Below are positions 9,116-18,525 of a stretch of 64,000 nt of DNA, one piece after another. The notes under the pieces were generated by a model. That model ran no database searches, was not told the DNA's origin, and saw nothing but the letters and a program-made list of their open reading frames with translations. This stretch comes from a virus. Its lineage: Duplodnaviria > Caudoviricetes. Made by a program: the position numbers and the translations under genes. How positions within the stretch are numbered: the stretch's first letter is position 1; each line of letters begins with the position of its first letter. Location of the stretch: positions 12,264 through 76,263 of IMG/VR virus record IMGVR_UViG_2814123293_000008; one strand, written 5' to 3'.

Positions 9116-10186
9116 TCAGGTGCCGACCACGTTGGCTGCGTACATCCAGGGGGCCTTGCTCCGGGGTGCAGCCAGGGGGCGGGCGGCCAGACGCAGCTTG
9201 CGGGTATCCTTGTCCTTGTCGACGACAAACTTGGGCACGCGCTGCATGGCGAAGCTGTGGTACTCGTTGTCGTCCTCGATCTGGTCGACGCGGCCATACA
9301 TCATGTGGCCGCAGTCGGGAGCGGTGACCATCGCGGAGGTCGCGGGGAACAGGCGGATGGTGCCGTCCTTGTCCAGCACGGTCTCGCGCACGGAGAAGAT
9401 GTCCAGGTCGGTGCCGTCGAAGTTCAGGTTGCCGATCCATACCACGCCGGGGTAGCGCACCTGGGGCGCCAGGCGGCCATACTCGGCGCGCCGGTTGTCC
9501 AGCAGCTTCAGCGTGGCCTCGTCGCTCTGGATGAAAGCGGCCACGTCGGTGCCCACGATCAGGTCGGTGGCGGGGAGGCCGCGATCCAGCAGGTCGTTCA
9601 CCATCGCGGCGACGTCACCCTTCCAGTCGCCGTCTCCAGCGTCCCACTTGTTCGCCACGGTGTACTTGGCGGGGTTGGAGCCGGTGGTGTCGAAGTAGAA
9701 GATGTCGTAGGTTTCGCCCACGGTGTCGTTGTCGATGTAGGCGACGATGGTGCAGCCGTTGTTGATCATGGTCTGGACGGCCATCCACTCCTCACGGCGC
9801 TGAATGCGGCGGTCCAGGTCGGTGAGGTCCTGCATCTGGAGCGCCCGGGCGCGCTCGGCGGGGGTGCTGCCGGCATACAGAGCCTCCCCGAAGCCGCGCT
9901 TCTGCAGGTCATCCATGGTCAGCAGACGGGAGGGAGCAGTGAAAGGCGGCTCGAACTCGTGGATCTCGTAGCCGCCGCGGGCCACGGGGATATCGCCGGC
10001 ACGGCGCACAACGAAGGGAGCCATAGCCCGGTCACGGTCGCGGTACTCCACCAGCACCTTGTTGGCGTTGAAGATGTCGGTCGCCGCGTTGGTGGGGAAA
10101 TAGCGGTCACGGAAGAAGCTCTGGACAGGGACAATCTCCTGGACCATGCCCGCCATGTAGTAGGTGTCAAAAATGTCGAAAGGCAT
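9116..10186 (-). CDS. Major capsid protein (lambda gpE family)
   Basis: 356 aa; FFRDRYFP, APFV, RIQRREEWMAVQ motifs. Confidence 0.92.
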   Translation of the reverse strand: MPFDIFDTYYMAGMVQEIVPVQSFFRDRYFPTNAATDIFNANKVLVEYRDRDRAMAPFVVRRAGDIPVARGGYEIHEFEPPFTAPSRLLTMDDLQKRGFGEALYAGSTPAERARALQMQDLTDLDRRIQRREEWMAVQTMINNGCTIVAYIDNDTVGETYDIFYFDTTGSNPAKYTVANKWDAGDGDWKGDVAAMVNDLLDRGLPATDLIVGTDVAAFIQSDEATLKLLDNRRAEYGRLAPQVRYPGVVWIGNLNFDGTDLDIFSVRETVLDKDGTIRLFPATSAMVTAPDCGHMMYGRVDQIEDDNEYHSFAMQRVPKFVVDKDKDTRKLRLAARPLAAPRSKAPWMYAANVVGT

Positions 10187-10201
10187 ATTCTTGTCCTCCT
10201 T

Positions 10202-10603
10202 TTAGTCCAGGACCTGGGCAAGATAGATTCCGCGCTCGCGCAGGGTGTCCTTGTCGGCCTGGGTGATGGTGTACTCATCATCCACGGTCATGGCGTCTTC
10301 ATTGAAGCAGCCCATCACATAGACGGCGACATTGGCATCGGCGTCGGTGCCGATGTCCTCGTCATCGCAGAGAATGCAGTCGGGGGTCAAAGTCTCGCTC
10401 TCGGCGGCGGTGGTGCCGAGGATCTTCAGTTTGCCATCGCCGCCGGTGCCGGAGCTGCGGCACAGGACGGTGCCCCGCGGATAGGTGGCGGCGACGGACA
10501 GCTTGGTGATGATGCCGGAGGCCACCTTCACAGGCGGTGTGATACCGGCGATCAGCTTGTCGTACTCCATAGAGCCGACCTTGTCGTTGAGATGCTTCGC
10601 CAT
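10202..10603 (-). CDS. Head decoration protein (lambda gpD-like)
   Basis: YPRGTVL, CILCDD, VYVMGCFNEDA motifs; lies between protease and capsid. Confidence 0.85.
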   Translation of the reverse strand: MAKHLNDKVGSMEYDKLIAGITPPVKVASGIITKLSVAATYPRGTVLCRSSGTGGDGKLKILGTTAAESETLTPDCILCDDEDIGTDADANVAVYVMGCFNEDAMTVDDEYTITQADKDTLRERGIYLAQVLD

Positions 10604-10604
10604 G

Positions 10605-11048
10605 TTACTTATCCTCCTTCTTGTTCAGGGCCTTCGCATCGGCGCGGCCCTTCGCCATGCGCTGCTCCGGGGTGAGCTCACCGGCGGGCGCGCCCTCATT
10701 GTTGGCGGCTCCGACCTGCTGCGCGCCGGACGCGCCGGTGTCAGCCTCCAGGGCCGCCATGTAGCTCTTGCCGGTCTGAGCGGCTTTCTGAGCCATACGG
10801 TAGGCCAGCTCCTGGGCCGTGCAGGGATGCCCGCCATACTTGGCCTCCCGGATGCTCTCGGCGTCATAGAGAGATGCCAGGGCGTCAATCTCCTGGATTC
10901 TCTGGCGCTCGGCCTGGGCGGGGTCAGCCCCGCCGTCACCTTCGGCCGCTGCGCTGGGGGCAGGGTTGGCAGCAGCTCTCGCCTCGGCCTCCAGCTGCGC
11001 GGTCAGCTCCGGGTACTCCGCCCGGAGCTCCTCAACAGTACTTGCCAT
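10605..11048 (-). CDS. Nested in-frame scaffold protein (Nu3-like)
   Basis: Internal AAAGGAGG SD followed by in-frame ATG 11048 (MASTVEELRAEYPEL...). Confidence 0.65.
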   Translation of the reverse strand: MASTVEELRAEYPELTAQLEAEARAAANPAPSAAAEGDGGADPAQAERQRIQEIDALASLYDAESIREAKYGGHPCTAQELAYRMAQKAAQTGKSYMAALEADTGASGAQQVGAANNEGAPAGELTPEQRMAKGRADAKALNKKEDK

Positions 11049-11861
11049 AGGTGTACTTCCTCCTTTTCTGCCGGTCTTGGCCGGCGGATTTGTATGTGTC
11101 TTAGCCGGGGCCGAGGCCTCGGGATCGACCGTGGGAATGCTATCCGGGGCGAACATCCCCGGAGTGAGGTGGATGGTGCGGCCGCGGACGAACAGGCTCC
11201 GGCCGTCCGCGCTGGCGGCAATATCCAGAGGAGCTGCGTCCTCCAGGAGCTCGTCGGCAAAGCCCTTTTCTACCGCCTCGCCGCCCGTCATATAGGTCGT
11301 GTCCGCCATCATGTGGGTCAAAACGGTGTCAGACAGGCCGGTCTTGCGCTTGTAGATGGTCGCCTGGGCCTTATCCCAGGCCGTATTCCTGTCTGCCAGG
11401 GCCCGCATCTCGTCGGCATTGTAGCCACCGAACAGGAACGTCCAGCACTTGTGGATCATCACCAGGCTGGAGGGGTTGACCTTCACCGTGTCGCAGGCGC
11501 ACATGATAAGCGAGCCGCCGGACATCGCCACGCCGTCCACGACGCAGGTGAGCTTCGCTCCGCCCCGCGCCAGCTCCCGGAGCCGGTTGTGGATGGTGAT
11601 AGACACGCCGGCGTCGCCGCCGTAGCTGTTCATGCGGATGGTGATGTCCTTGCAGGAGGCGATCTGCTCCAGGTCCTCCATGAACTCAGGCAGAAGCACG
11701 AACTCACCTTCGACAGGATTTCCGTCCCAGTCGGTGGGGTGCTGCTCGTAGATGTCACCGTACATGGTGATCTCTGCGCTCTGGCCGTCGGTAGTGGCCA
11801 TCGCGTAGACGGCCCGCTTGATGTTCACGGCAGGCCGCGCGGCCGGTACTGTTTTGCTCAT
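10605..11861 (-). CDS. ClpP-like head maturation protease with C-terminal scaffold region
   Basis: MNSYGGD, VDGVAMSGGSLI, MIH, TYMTGGEAVEKGFADE motifs. Confidence 0.92.
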   Translation of the reverse strand: MSKTVPAARPAVNIKRAVYAMATTDGQSAEITMYGDIYEQHPTDWDGNPVEGEFVLLPEFMEDLEQIASCKDITIRMNSYGGDAGVSITIHNRLRELARGGAKLTCVVDGVAMSGGSLIMCACDTVKVNPSSLVMIHKCWTFLFGGYNADEMRALADRNTAWDKAQATIYKRKTGLSDTVLTHMMADTTYMTGGEAVEKGFADELLEDAAPLDIAASADGRSLFVRGRTIHLTPGMFAPDSIPTVDPEASAPAKTHTNPPAKTGRKGGSTPMASTVEELRAEYPELTAQLEAEARAAANPAPSAAAEGDGGADPAQAERQRIQEIDALASLYDAESIREAKYGGHPCTAQELAYRMAQKAAQTGKSYMAALEADTGASGAQQVGAANNEGAPAGELTPEQRMAKGRADAKALNKKEDK

Positions 11862-13507
11862 GCGTTTTCTCCCTTCCCTTCGCCCTCGCCATTGCCGCCT
11901 TCGCCGTCATCGGCACCGGAGCTCGGCAGGTTGGTAATCCGTGCGCCGCCCGCTTCCGCGAGCTTCGCGTTTTCTGCTTTTAGCTGCTCCACGTTGGCCT
12001 CCCAGTCGCCTCCGCCCAGCTCGCGCGTGACCTGCTCGTGGGTCTTGAAGCCGTGGTCGACCAGGACAACGGCGGCGTTGGCCTCTTTCAACGGGTCGAG
12101 CTGTCCCTGCACGGGGCCGATCCAGCGCGCGCCGCACCACGCGGCCCGCACCAGGGGGTCTTCAAAGAAGCCCGGGGCCTTGATGCGGCCGCGGGCCACC
12201 GCCTCCGAAAGCCACACTTCATAGGCCGGCTGGCAGAAGTCGGTCACAAACCAGCTCCGGCGCATCTTGAACTCTTCCCAAGCCTCCAGGAGAGCGGCGC
12301 GGGAGGCCGAGTAGCTGGAGTTAAAGGTCTTCATCAGCACCTCGTAGGGCTCTCCCAAAGCCGCGCCGGTCTGCTGGCAGAAGGTCTTGACGAAGGTATC
12401 AAAGCCCGTGGTGGGGATGCTGGGGTTTCCGAATTTGATGTCCTCATTCTCCGCCAAGTGAGAAACCGTGCCGGGGCCCATCTCATACTCGCTGTCGCTT
12501 CCGGATAGGTTGTTCTCGATGGGATTTGCCGCGGGGACACCGGCGATGTCGCCGGTGCCGACCTCGTTGACGGGGATCTCGGTCTGGCTGGTCTTGGTGA
12601 TGATCCACGCCGTAAAGAAAGACTGGACGAGGGCGGCCATAAGCGTGCTCTCCGTGTACCGGCGTAGCTGTAGCAGCTGCTCGATCACTGGAGCCAGATA
12701 GGTCACGCCACGGTATTGGTCCGGCCGCTCGCTCCCCATGATGTGGAGGATGTTCGGCAAGCCCGTCCTGGGGCCGTAGGCCTCCACCCTCGTCCACTTG
12801 GTCGGCTCTGTCGTGGTCTGCCAGGGGTAGGTGTTGTGGACGTAGTAGGCGACGACCATGCTGTCGTTGTCCACCTCCACCCCGTCAAAGATGCGGTTTC
12901 CGTTCTCCGGGTTCTTCCCGTCCGTGATGTGTGCCACAGCCGTTCCGCCCCCGTACTCGGCGGGGGTGCGCACCCGGTCGGCCTCCACAAGATGGATGCG
13001 CAGGGAGTAGGGATTTACCGGCGTGGGGTTTCTCCGCTTGAACACGGGGAAAACGTCTCCGCTCTGGAGCCACGCCACCAGCGCCAGCTGCTGCATCCCG
13101 TAAAAATTGTTCATGCCGGTAGCGTCGCAGTTGGCCTTGTTCCTGGCCCATAGGGAAAACTCCGCCTCGGTGCGCCGTTGCCACTCCTTGGCTGCTTCCG
13201 GGGAGATGCCCAGCACCTCCCGATCCACGGAGCTCTTGAGGGTCAGGCCGACGCCGACTACCTTCGTCCGATTGGTGTTGATGGCTGACGTCGCCACCGG
13301 GGAGGACATATACAGCATCCGCCCCCTCTGGCGGAGGGTGAAGTTGTTCCAGTCGATGTCCTCCCTAGGGGAGCCGCTGCGCGGGGTAAAGCCTTTGAGC
13401 GCCCGCCGGGTCATGCTGGCGCCGGCCTCGCTGTATCCCTTGGCCTGGGGGCGCGCTGTGTCGGGCATGAACAGCCCGGTTTTCTTATCGCGGTATATGT
13501 CGCCCAC
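11858..13507 (-). CDS. Portal protein (lambda family)
   Basis: 549 aa; LRQRGRMLY, HLVEADRV, DQYRGV, NSSYSASRAALLE, DPLKE motifs; start codon uncertain (GTG 13507 or a downstream codon). Confidence 0.93.
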   Translation of the reverse strand: MGDIYRDKKTGLFMPDTARPQAKGYSEAGASMTRRALKGFTPRSGSPREDIDWNNFTLRQRGRMLYMSSPVATSAINTNRTKVVGVGLTLKSSVDREVLGISPEAAKEWQRRTEAEFSLWARNKANCDATGMNNFYGMQQLALVAWLQSGDVFPVFKRRNPTPVNPYSLRIHLVEADRVRTPAEYGGGTAVAHITDGKNPENGNRIFDGVEVDNDSMVVAYYVHNTYPWQTTTEPTKWTRVEAYGPRTGLPNILHIMGSERPDQYRGVTYLAPVIEQLLQLRRYTESTLMAALVQSFFTAWIITKTSQTEIPVNEVGTGDIAGVPAANPIENNLSGSDSEYEMGPGTVSHLAENEDIKFGNPSIPTTGFDTFVKTFCQQTGAALGEPYEVLMKTFNSSYSASRAALLEAWEEFKMRRSWFVTDFCQPAYEVWLSEAVARGRIKAPGFFEDPLVRAAWCGARWIGPVQGQLDPLKEANAAVVLVDHGFKTHEQVTRELGGGDWEANVEQLKAENAKLAEAGGARITNLPSSGADDGEGGNGEGEGKGENA

Positions 13508-13521
13508 CTCCTATGTTGCAT

Positions 13522-13577
13522 AAAAAACGGGCTGCCCGGCGGCGAAAGGAGCTGACAAACTCCGCCGGGCTGCCCGT
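13522..13577 (-). terminator. Long hairpin with U-tract between gpW and portal
   Basis: ACGGGC-A-GCCCGGCGG / CCGCCGGGC-A-GCCCGT followed by TTTTTT on the minus strand. Confidence 0.65.
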
Positions 13578-13632
13578 GGTAAAGCCCTCTCGGGCTTGTA
13601 CCCATATCATTTTCGTGACCTCACGAAAAAGG

Positions 13633-13890
13633 TCACCAGTCGCGGGGGATGACGCCGAAGGCCTTGCGGGGCCGCCTGCCGTTCAGCAGGGCGGTCAACT
13701 CGTCGATCTTCTGCTCGGCCTCCTCGATCTCGTCCTTGAGGGTGCTAAGGTCGAAGCGGGTGAGCTGCCGGTCGTCGATGGTATAGCTCTTGACGCGGCC
13801 GTCTACCAGGGCGGTGTAAGCCGCAGTCAGCTTCTCATAGGCGGAGCGCCAGAAGTTCAGCCGGATTTTCACGTCGGTCATATCTGCCAT
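13633..13890 (-). CDS. Head-tail joining protein (gpW-like)
   Basis: 85 aa between terL and portal; KSYTIDDRQLTRFDL motif. Confidence 0.8.
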   Translation of the reverse strand: MADMTDVKIRLNFWRSAYEKLTAAYTALVDGRVKSYTIDDRQLTRFDLSTLKDEIEEAEQKIDELTALLNGRRPRKAFGVIPRDW

Positions 13891-13900
13891 CGGGCATCAC

Positions 13901-15880
13901 CTACCATTCGTCGTAATATTTTTTCAGCGCGGAACCGCGCTTGGTCTGCTTTTTGGGGGGCGGCGGAGCCGTTGCAACGCCCGTAGAGGGGGCTTTCCCC
14001 CGGGCCGCCTTTAGCCGCCTGTCTATCTCGTCCAGGTTGGCAGGCAGGGCCTTGAATGCGGCCAGGGCGTAGTTGCGGCAATCCAGGGCTTCGTTGCGCT
14101 CGTGGCCGGGTATCTTCTCCCACACCCAGGGCTGCTTCTTGGCCGGGTCATATACCAGGTGCTCGGAGAGCAGGCCGGTAAAGTAGCCGGGGCCGTAGTC
14201 GTCCCGCCTCGGGAAGTGGCAGTACTTCGAGCCCGGCTTCTGCACCTTGAGGTTGTCCATGATGATCTGCTTACCGGAGTCGACGCCGAGCTGGTACTGC
14301 CAGCAGGTGCCGATGGCGACCTGATTGACCACGATCTTCATCTTCTTCGGCGGAGAGGTGTAGGGCTTATCCGCCCCGGGCATACCCTTGATGCAGAACA
14401 CCTTGCGGGAGATGCGCGCCCGGCATTGGAGGCGGACGTCCTGGGTGAAGTGGCCGCCCTCGTCCACGAAGGTCATAGAGCTTCGGAGTCCCAGGCCGTC
14501 CTCGAAGCGGAACACTCGGTTGAACACCATCTCGTCCAGCTTGGCCCAGGTATCCGGGTCATCCGGCCTGCCCATGACGATGCCCTTTTCAATGCCCCAG
14601 GTTTCCCCGAAGTGGCCGTGCCCGACGACCTCATACTCCATGCGGTCGTCCTGGGTGTCCACGCCGGCGGTGAGCACTAGCACCCCCTCCGGCAGCTCCA
14701 CGGGAGCGCCGTCCGGCCGGGTGCCGTAGTCCTCCCGGCGGGCCATGAGGCTGTCCTCGTCCTCCAGGTCGCCGCGGTCTTCCCACAGCAGGCCGAAGCA
14801 GGTGTTGTAGACCACCTGGAGCTTCCGGGTGTTGCCGATCGCTTTGAGATACTTGAGCACGATGGAGCTCCAGGAAGCCCACTGGCTGACAAAGGCATTT
14901 AGCCAGAAAGAGCGGACGCCCTGGGCGTATGCATCGGGGTTGTCCGCCTCCCAGCGCGCGGGCTGGTGCTTCATGGTCGTCTCGTTGGAGATACACCCGC
15001 AGCCAGGACAGACGTACCAGACGCGCAGCACCTTGAAGGTCTTGCGGCCAGCCACCACGCTTTCCTCGTGCTCATAGCGGATGTCCTCGAAGTTGATCTC
15101 GTGGTACTCTCCGCAGTGGGGGCATTTGCTTTTCCACCGCTCCATCGTGCCCTCGGCGTAGGACGCCTCGATTGCGCTGGCGTTCTTAACGGTGGGGGTG
15201 CTGACCTCCAGAGCCTTGGCGTTGTAGAACGTGGTCTGTCGGGCCTGGGCCAGTTCCCAGGGGTCACCCTCGTTGCCGGCGGAGGTCGCCCAGCGGTCGC
15301 GCTCGTCCCCCATGATGTAGCGGATGGGCTTGGATGCCAGAGCGTGGGCCTCGGTGGAACCGCACATCGTCAGGATGCCGCCGGGGTATGTCTTTTGCAG
15401 GATGGTGTTTCCGCTGTCGCGGCTTTTGGGGTCCGCCACCTTCTTTTTGAGGGTGGGGCAGTCCCGGATCATCGGAGCGATACGGAGCTTGGAGTACTCC
15501 TTGGCGTCAATGGTCGTGGGGTGGACGAACAGGATGGAGCCGGGATCCTCGTCGATGATATAGCCGATGGTGTTGTTGAGGAATTCCGACTTTCCCACCT
15601 GGGACGCCGCCACCATGACGATGCGGCGCACCCGGGGGTCGGTAAATGCGTCCATCGGCTCCCGGAGGTAAGGGGTGCGGTCGGTGCGCCAGGGGCCAGG
15701 CTCGGCGCTGGCCTCGGTGGACAGGCGGCGGTTTTTCTCCGCCCATTCCGTTACGGTCAGGTCATCCGGCGGCTTCATGCCGGCCAAGACCTTCGCGATG
15801 ACGGCGTTCAGCCGCTTTACCCGCTCGCGGGTCTCTTTCTCCCCAATGAGCCGGCGCGTTTCCTTATCCGTCATCGGCAT
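13901..15880 (-). CDS. terL: Terminase large subunit (lambda gpA family)
   Basis: PYLREPMD, ASQVGKSE Walker A, DERD Walker B, GVDTQDDR, RNEALDC motifs. Confidence 0.96.
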   Translation of the reverse strand: MPMTDKETRRLIGEKETRERVKRLNAVIAKVLAGMKPPDDLTVTEWAEKNRRLSTEASAEPGPWRTDRTPYLREPMDAFTDPRVRRIVMVAASQVGKSEFLNNTIGYIIDEDPGSILFVHPTTIDAKEYSKLRIAPMIRDCPTLKKKVADPKSRDSGNTILQKTYPGGILTMCGSTEAHALASKPIRYIMGDERDRWATSAGNEGDPWELAQARQTTFYNAKALEVSTPTVKNASAIEASYAEGTMERWKSKCPHCGEYHEINFEDIRYEHEESVVAGRKTFKVLRVWYVCPGCGCISNETTMKHQPARWEADNPDAYAQGVRSFWLNAFVSQWASWSSIVLKYLKAIGNTRKLQVVYNTCFGLLWEDRGDLEDEDSLMARREDYGTRPDGAPVELPEGVLVLTAGVDTQDDRMEYEVVGHGHFGETWGIEKGIVMGRPDDPDTWAKLDEMVFNRVFRFEDGLGLRSSMTFVDEGGHFTQDVRLQCRARISRKVFCIKGMPGADKPYTSPPKKMKIVVNQVAIGTCWQYQLGVDSGKQIIMDNLKVQKPGSKYCHFPRRDDYGPGYFTGLLSEHLVYDPAKKQPWVWEKIPGHERNEALDCRNYALAAFKALPANLDEIDRRLKAARGKAPSTGVATAPPPPKKQTKRGSALKKYYDEW

Positions 15881-16487
15881 CACGCCCGCTGTCAGCTTCC
15901 CAGGCCCTCCGCTCCCGGACGCGCTCCTCGTATTTCTTTGGGTCATAGCGGTAGTTGGAGAGCTCCCGCATGGCCTTGTTGACCTCGCGGCGGATGATCT
16001 CGGCGGCCTCCGCCGGGGACTGGGCTGCGGCCACGTCCACGGCCAGGCGGCCGGGCAGGGCCATCATCGCCCCGCGAATGGCGTAAATCAGGTCGGTGGT
16101 CATCGCGGCCACGTCCTCGCTCCGGTGCATTTTCCCCTGGAGCTCGTCGGCCTCGGCCTTGGCGATCTGGGCGCGGGCCACCTTCATCGTGACCTCGGCG
16201 GCGCTCTTGGCCTCCTCCCGCTTGATTTCCTGCTCAGACTTTTCAGGCCCCGCGCGGGCCTTGAGCATGGCGCAGTAGGCGCGCATCGTCTCGCCGAGCT
16301 CGAACAGGTTCCCGTGCGGGGTGCTGCGCTTGTGCAGCGTTCCCTGGGCCACCAACTGGCCGACCCACTGGTTACTGTTCCCGGTAGCCGAGCAGATGTC
16401 GGCGGTCTTGACGTAGACGGGAGTGCCAGCACGCAGCACATAGACGGCGCCGTCCTCCACGACAATATCCTGTTTTCTTGGTGCCAT
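15864..16487 (-). CDS. terS: Terminase small subunit (Nu1-like)
   Basis: N-terminal wHTH-like region and coiled coil; overlaps the terL start; SD GAAAGGAG before ATG 16487. Confidence 0.85.
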   Translation of the reverse strand: MAPRKQDIVVEDGAVYVLRAGTPVYVKTADICSATGNSNQWVGQLVAQGTLHKRSTPHGNLFELGETMRAYCAMLKARAGPEKSEQEIKREEAKSAAEVTMKVARAQIAKAEADELQGKMHRSEDVAAMTTDLIYAIRGAMMALPGRLAVDVAAAQSPAEAAEIIRREVNKAMRELSNYRYDPKKYEERVRERRAWEADSGRDADDG

Positions 16488-16659
16488 GGGCTGCGCTCCT
16501 TTCCTGGCCTGTGGCCCTCCGCCCGGCGTCCGGGGCATTTCTGCCCCGGGCCAGGCTATAAAAATAGGAGGCGGGCGTCCCACGCCCGGCGGAAGGTCAC
16601 GAGATGTCGATATTTTTTACTGAGATTTCAATTAAAGTTCCCCTATTTCGCGCGCACTA

Positions 16660-16725
16660 ACTAATCGTTTTTTGGGGTCGGCGAGCCCGCGGCGTGTGGG
16701 GCGGGGGTCGTCACAGTACCTTTTG
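16660..16725. other. Putative cos/packaging site
   Basis: GC-rich GGTCGGCGAGCCCGCGGC (16676-16693) matches lambda cosN GGGCGGCGACCTCGCGGG at 14/18 positions; lies upstream of terS. Confidence 0.45.
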
Positions 16726-16853
16726 CCGTCGTCGCCTGTTGCAACGCATTTCCCCGCCCTCAGCGCGACGATGCCGAGAGGGGGAGGGAGCAACACAGCC
16801 AGACGCAGATACGCCGCTCTCGTGCGATGTATGCGTCTGGCTGTGGTATTGTG

Positions 16854-17378
16854 TTATAACTTCGTCAGCAATTCCGCATGGCTATATCCCTTAACGCCCT
16901 TGGTCATCATGCCGAGGAAGTCATCGCGCGAGAAATCAGAGAGCCGGAATACTTCTTCGGGTTTCATTCCGAGCTGTTTGCCGATCTCCTGAACGGACTT
17001 GCCCTCGTCCAGCAGCCGCTTTACGATGGCTTTCATCGGCTCAAGCAGATGTGTACCACGAGCGCGGTTGTGTGTGACGGTGCCGTAAATATCCTCGGTC
17101 GCGTCATCATGCCGCACGATCACCACCGGCACCTTGCCTTTGAGCATGGTGTGCAGCGGCTCCTCTCCGGCCACGGTCCAGCGGTGAAAGCCGTCGATGA
17201 TGGTGTAGTCGGGACGCACGACGATGGGAAGCGTCCAGCCATTGGTCATGATCGATTGCACCAGCAGTTTCAGATTCTCACGGTTGACCTTGTTGGGGTT
17301 GTAGTCATTGGGCTTGAGCTGCTCCCGGTCTACCCATTGCAGGGAGGATAACGGGGCGAACAGATCCGCGTCAGCCAT
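16854..17378 (-). CDS. ParB/Srx-like protein (IbrB/YbdM-like)
   Basis: LKPNDYNPN, GWTLPIVV, IIDGFHRW, TVTHNRARG motifs. Confidence 0.88.
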   Translation of the reverse strand: MADADLFAPLSSLQWVDREQLKPNDYNPNKVNRENLKLLVQSIMTNGWTLPIVVRPDYTIIDGFHRWTVAGEEPLHTMLKGKVPVVIVRHDDATEDIYGTVTHNRARGTHLLEPMKAIVKRLLDEGKSVQEIGKQLGMKPEEVFRLSDFSRDDFLGMMTKGVKGYSHAELLTKL

Positions 17379-18525
17379 TTGCCTCACCTCCCTTCCGGAA
17401 GCGCTTGGCGTAATCGGCATAGGCGCAGGATATGTCCTGATAGATGGCGCGCAGGGTGCGGAGCTTGGGATCACCAGCAGTCAGACCGCCGTACATTTTC
17501 TTGTAGTCGCGCGGCCGCGCCATTCCGTCCATCTGAATGAACATCTTGCGGTACTGCTTGGCGATCTTGCGCTTATGCTCCGTGTTGAAGAAGTCTCCCG
17601 GACGGACGAACAGCATCTCCTTCAGGAGCGCACGGTAGTCCTTGGTGTCCTCGCCCTCCAGCTCCCGGCGCTTCCTTGTGGTGCGGTGGAACATTTCGCT
17701 GTCCCAGTACAGCATGGCAAGGTAGGCATTCGGCTCGCGCCGAAGGACGCGCTCCATGAGAGATGGGTCATATTCGCCCAGGTGTACCAGCACAGGTACG
17801 GTATCAACAGAGAAGAACTGCGACACGCGCAGCTGATTCCGATTGACGCCGACCTGATACATCTGCAGGTAGACCTCGGGGACTTCGATGCGCTGGTCTC
17901 GCAGGTACAGCCAGACGTCCGCCGTCTTCCAGTCGTAGATGGGATAGATGGTGTTCGTGCCGGTGATGCCCTTTGCGCCCATATTTAGTGCCGCCATATA
18001 TTGGAGCCGCTGAATGGACTCTGCCGCGCGGACGCCGGTGATCATGATGCCGTCCATCGTCACGCGGGGCAGGAAGGATTGATAGTTGTCGATCCTTGGC
18101 CGGAGCTGCGGGTGATTGCGGATGGCAAAGGGCGGCGGCTGCCGCACCCAGACATCGCGCTTGCGCCGATCCCAGCAGACGAAGGTTTCATCGCTGGACA
18201 GCTCATTGAGACAGCTGAAATGCTTGACCTCGATGCACCACCATTGAAACTTGGCACCGGCAAGCAGGAACTTCTTCCGCCACGCCTTGGTCGTTGCTTC
18301 AATGGAATCGAAGATTGCCTCCTCGTCCACGAAAAGGACGGTCAACTGCGAGGGATTGATCTCTCCAGCCTGGATCAGCTTATAGGTCAGGTCGGCAAGA
18401 ACGATGCTGTCCTTGCCGCCGGAAAACGAGAGGTATACGGGGACGCCGTTGGAAAATACGTTTTTGATCCGCTGGCGCGCCGCAGTCACAACGTCGATGT
18501 CTGAGCTGATGCGCTTTACAGCCAT
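17371..18525 (-). CDS. PAPS-reductase-fold PP-loop protein (IbrA/YbdN-like)
   Basis: SFSGGKDS, GVRAAESIQR, YPIYDWKTADVW motifs. Confidence 0.88.
   Translation of the reverse strand: MAVKRISSDIDVVTAARQRIKNVFSNGVPVYLSFSGGKDSIVLADLTYKLIQAGEINPSQLTVLFVDEEAIFDSIEATTKAWRKKFLLAGAKFQWWCIEVKHFSCLNELSSDETFVCWDRRKRDVWVRQPPPFAIRNHPQLRPRIDNYQSFLPRVTMDGIMITGVRAAESIQRLQYMAALNMGAKGITGTNTIYPIYDWKTADVWLYLRDQRIEVPEVYLQMYQVGVNRNQLRVSQFFSVDTVPVLVHLGEYDPSLMERVLRREPNAYLAMLYWDSEMFHRTTRKRRELEGEDTKDYRALLKEMLFVRPGDFFNTEHKRKIAKQYRKMFIQMDGMARPRDYKKMYGGLTAGDPKLRTLRAIYQDISCAYADYAKRFRKGGEANG

Noticed and set aside
636-12224. Very long plus-strand ORFs (1179, 921, 547 and 579 aa) opposite the tail and head genes
   Set aside because: Antisense shadows of GC3-rich genes: no SD, no recognisable motifs, and they mirror real genes
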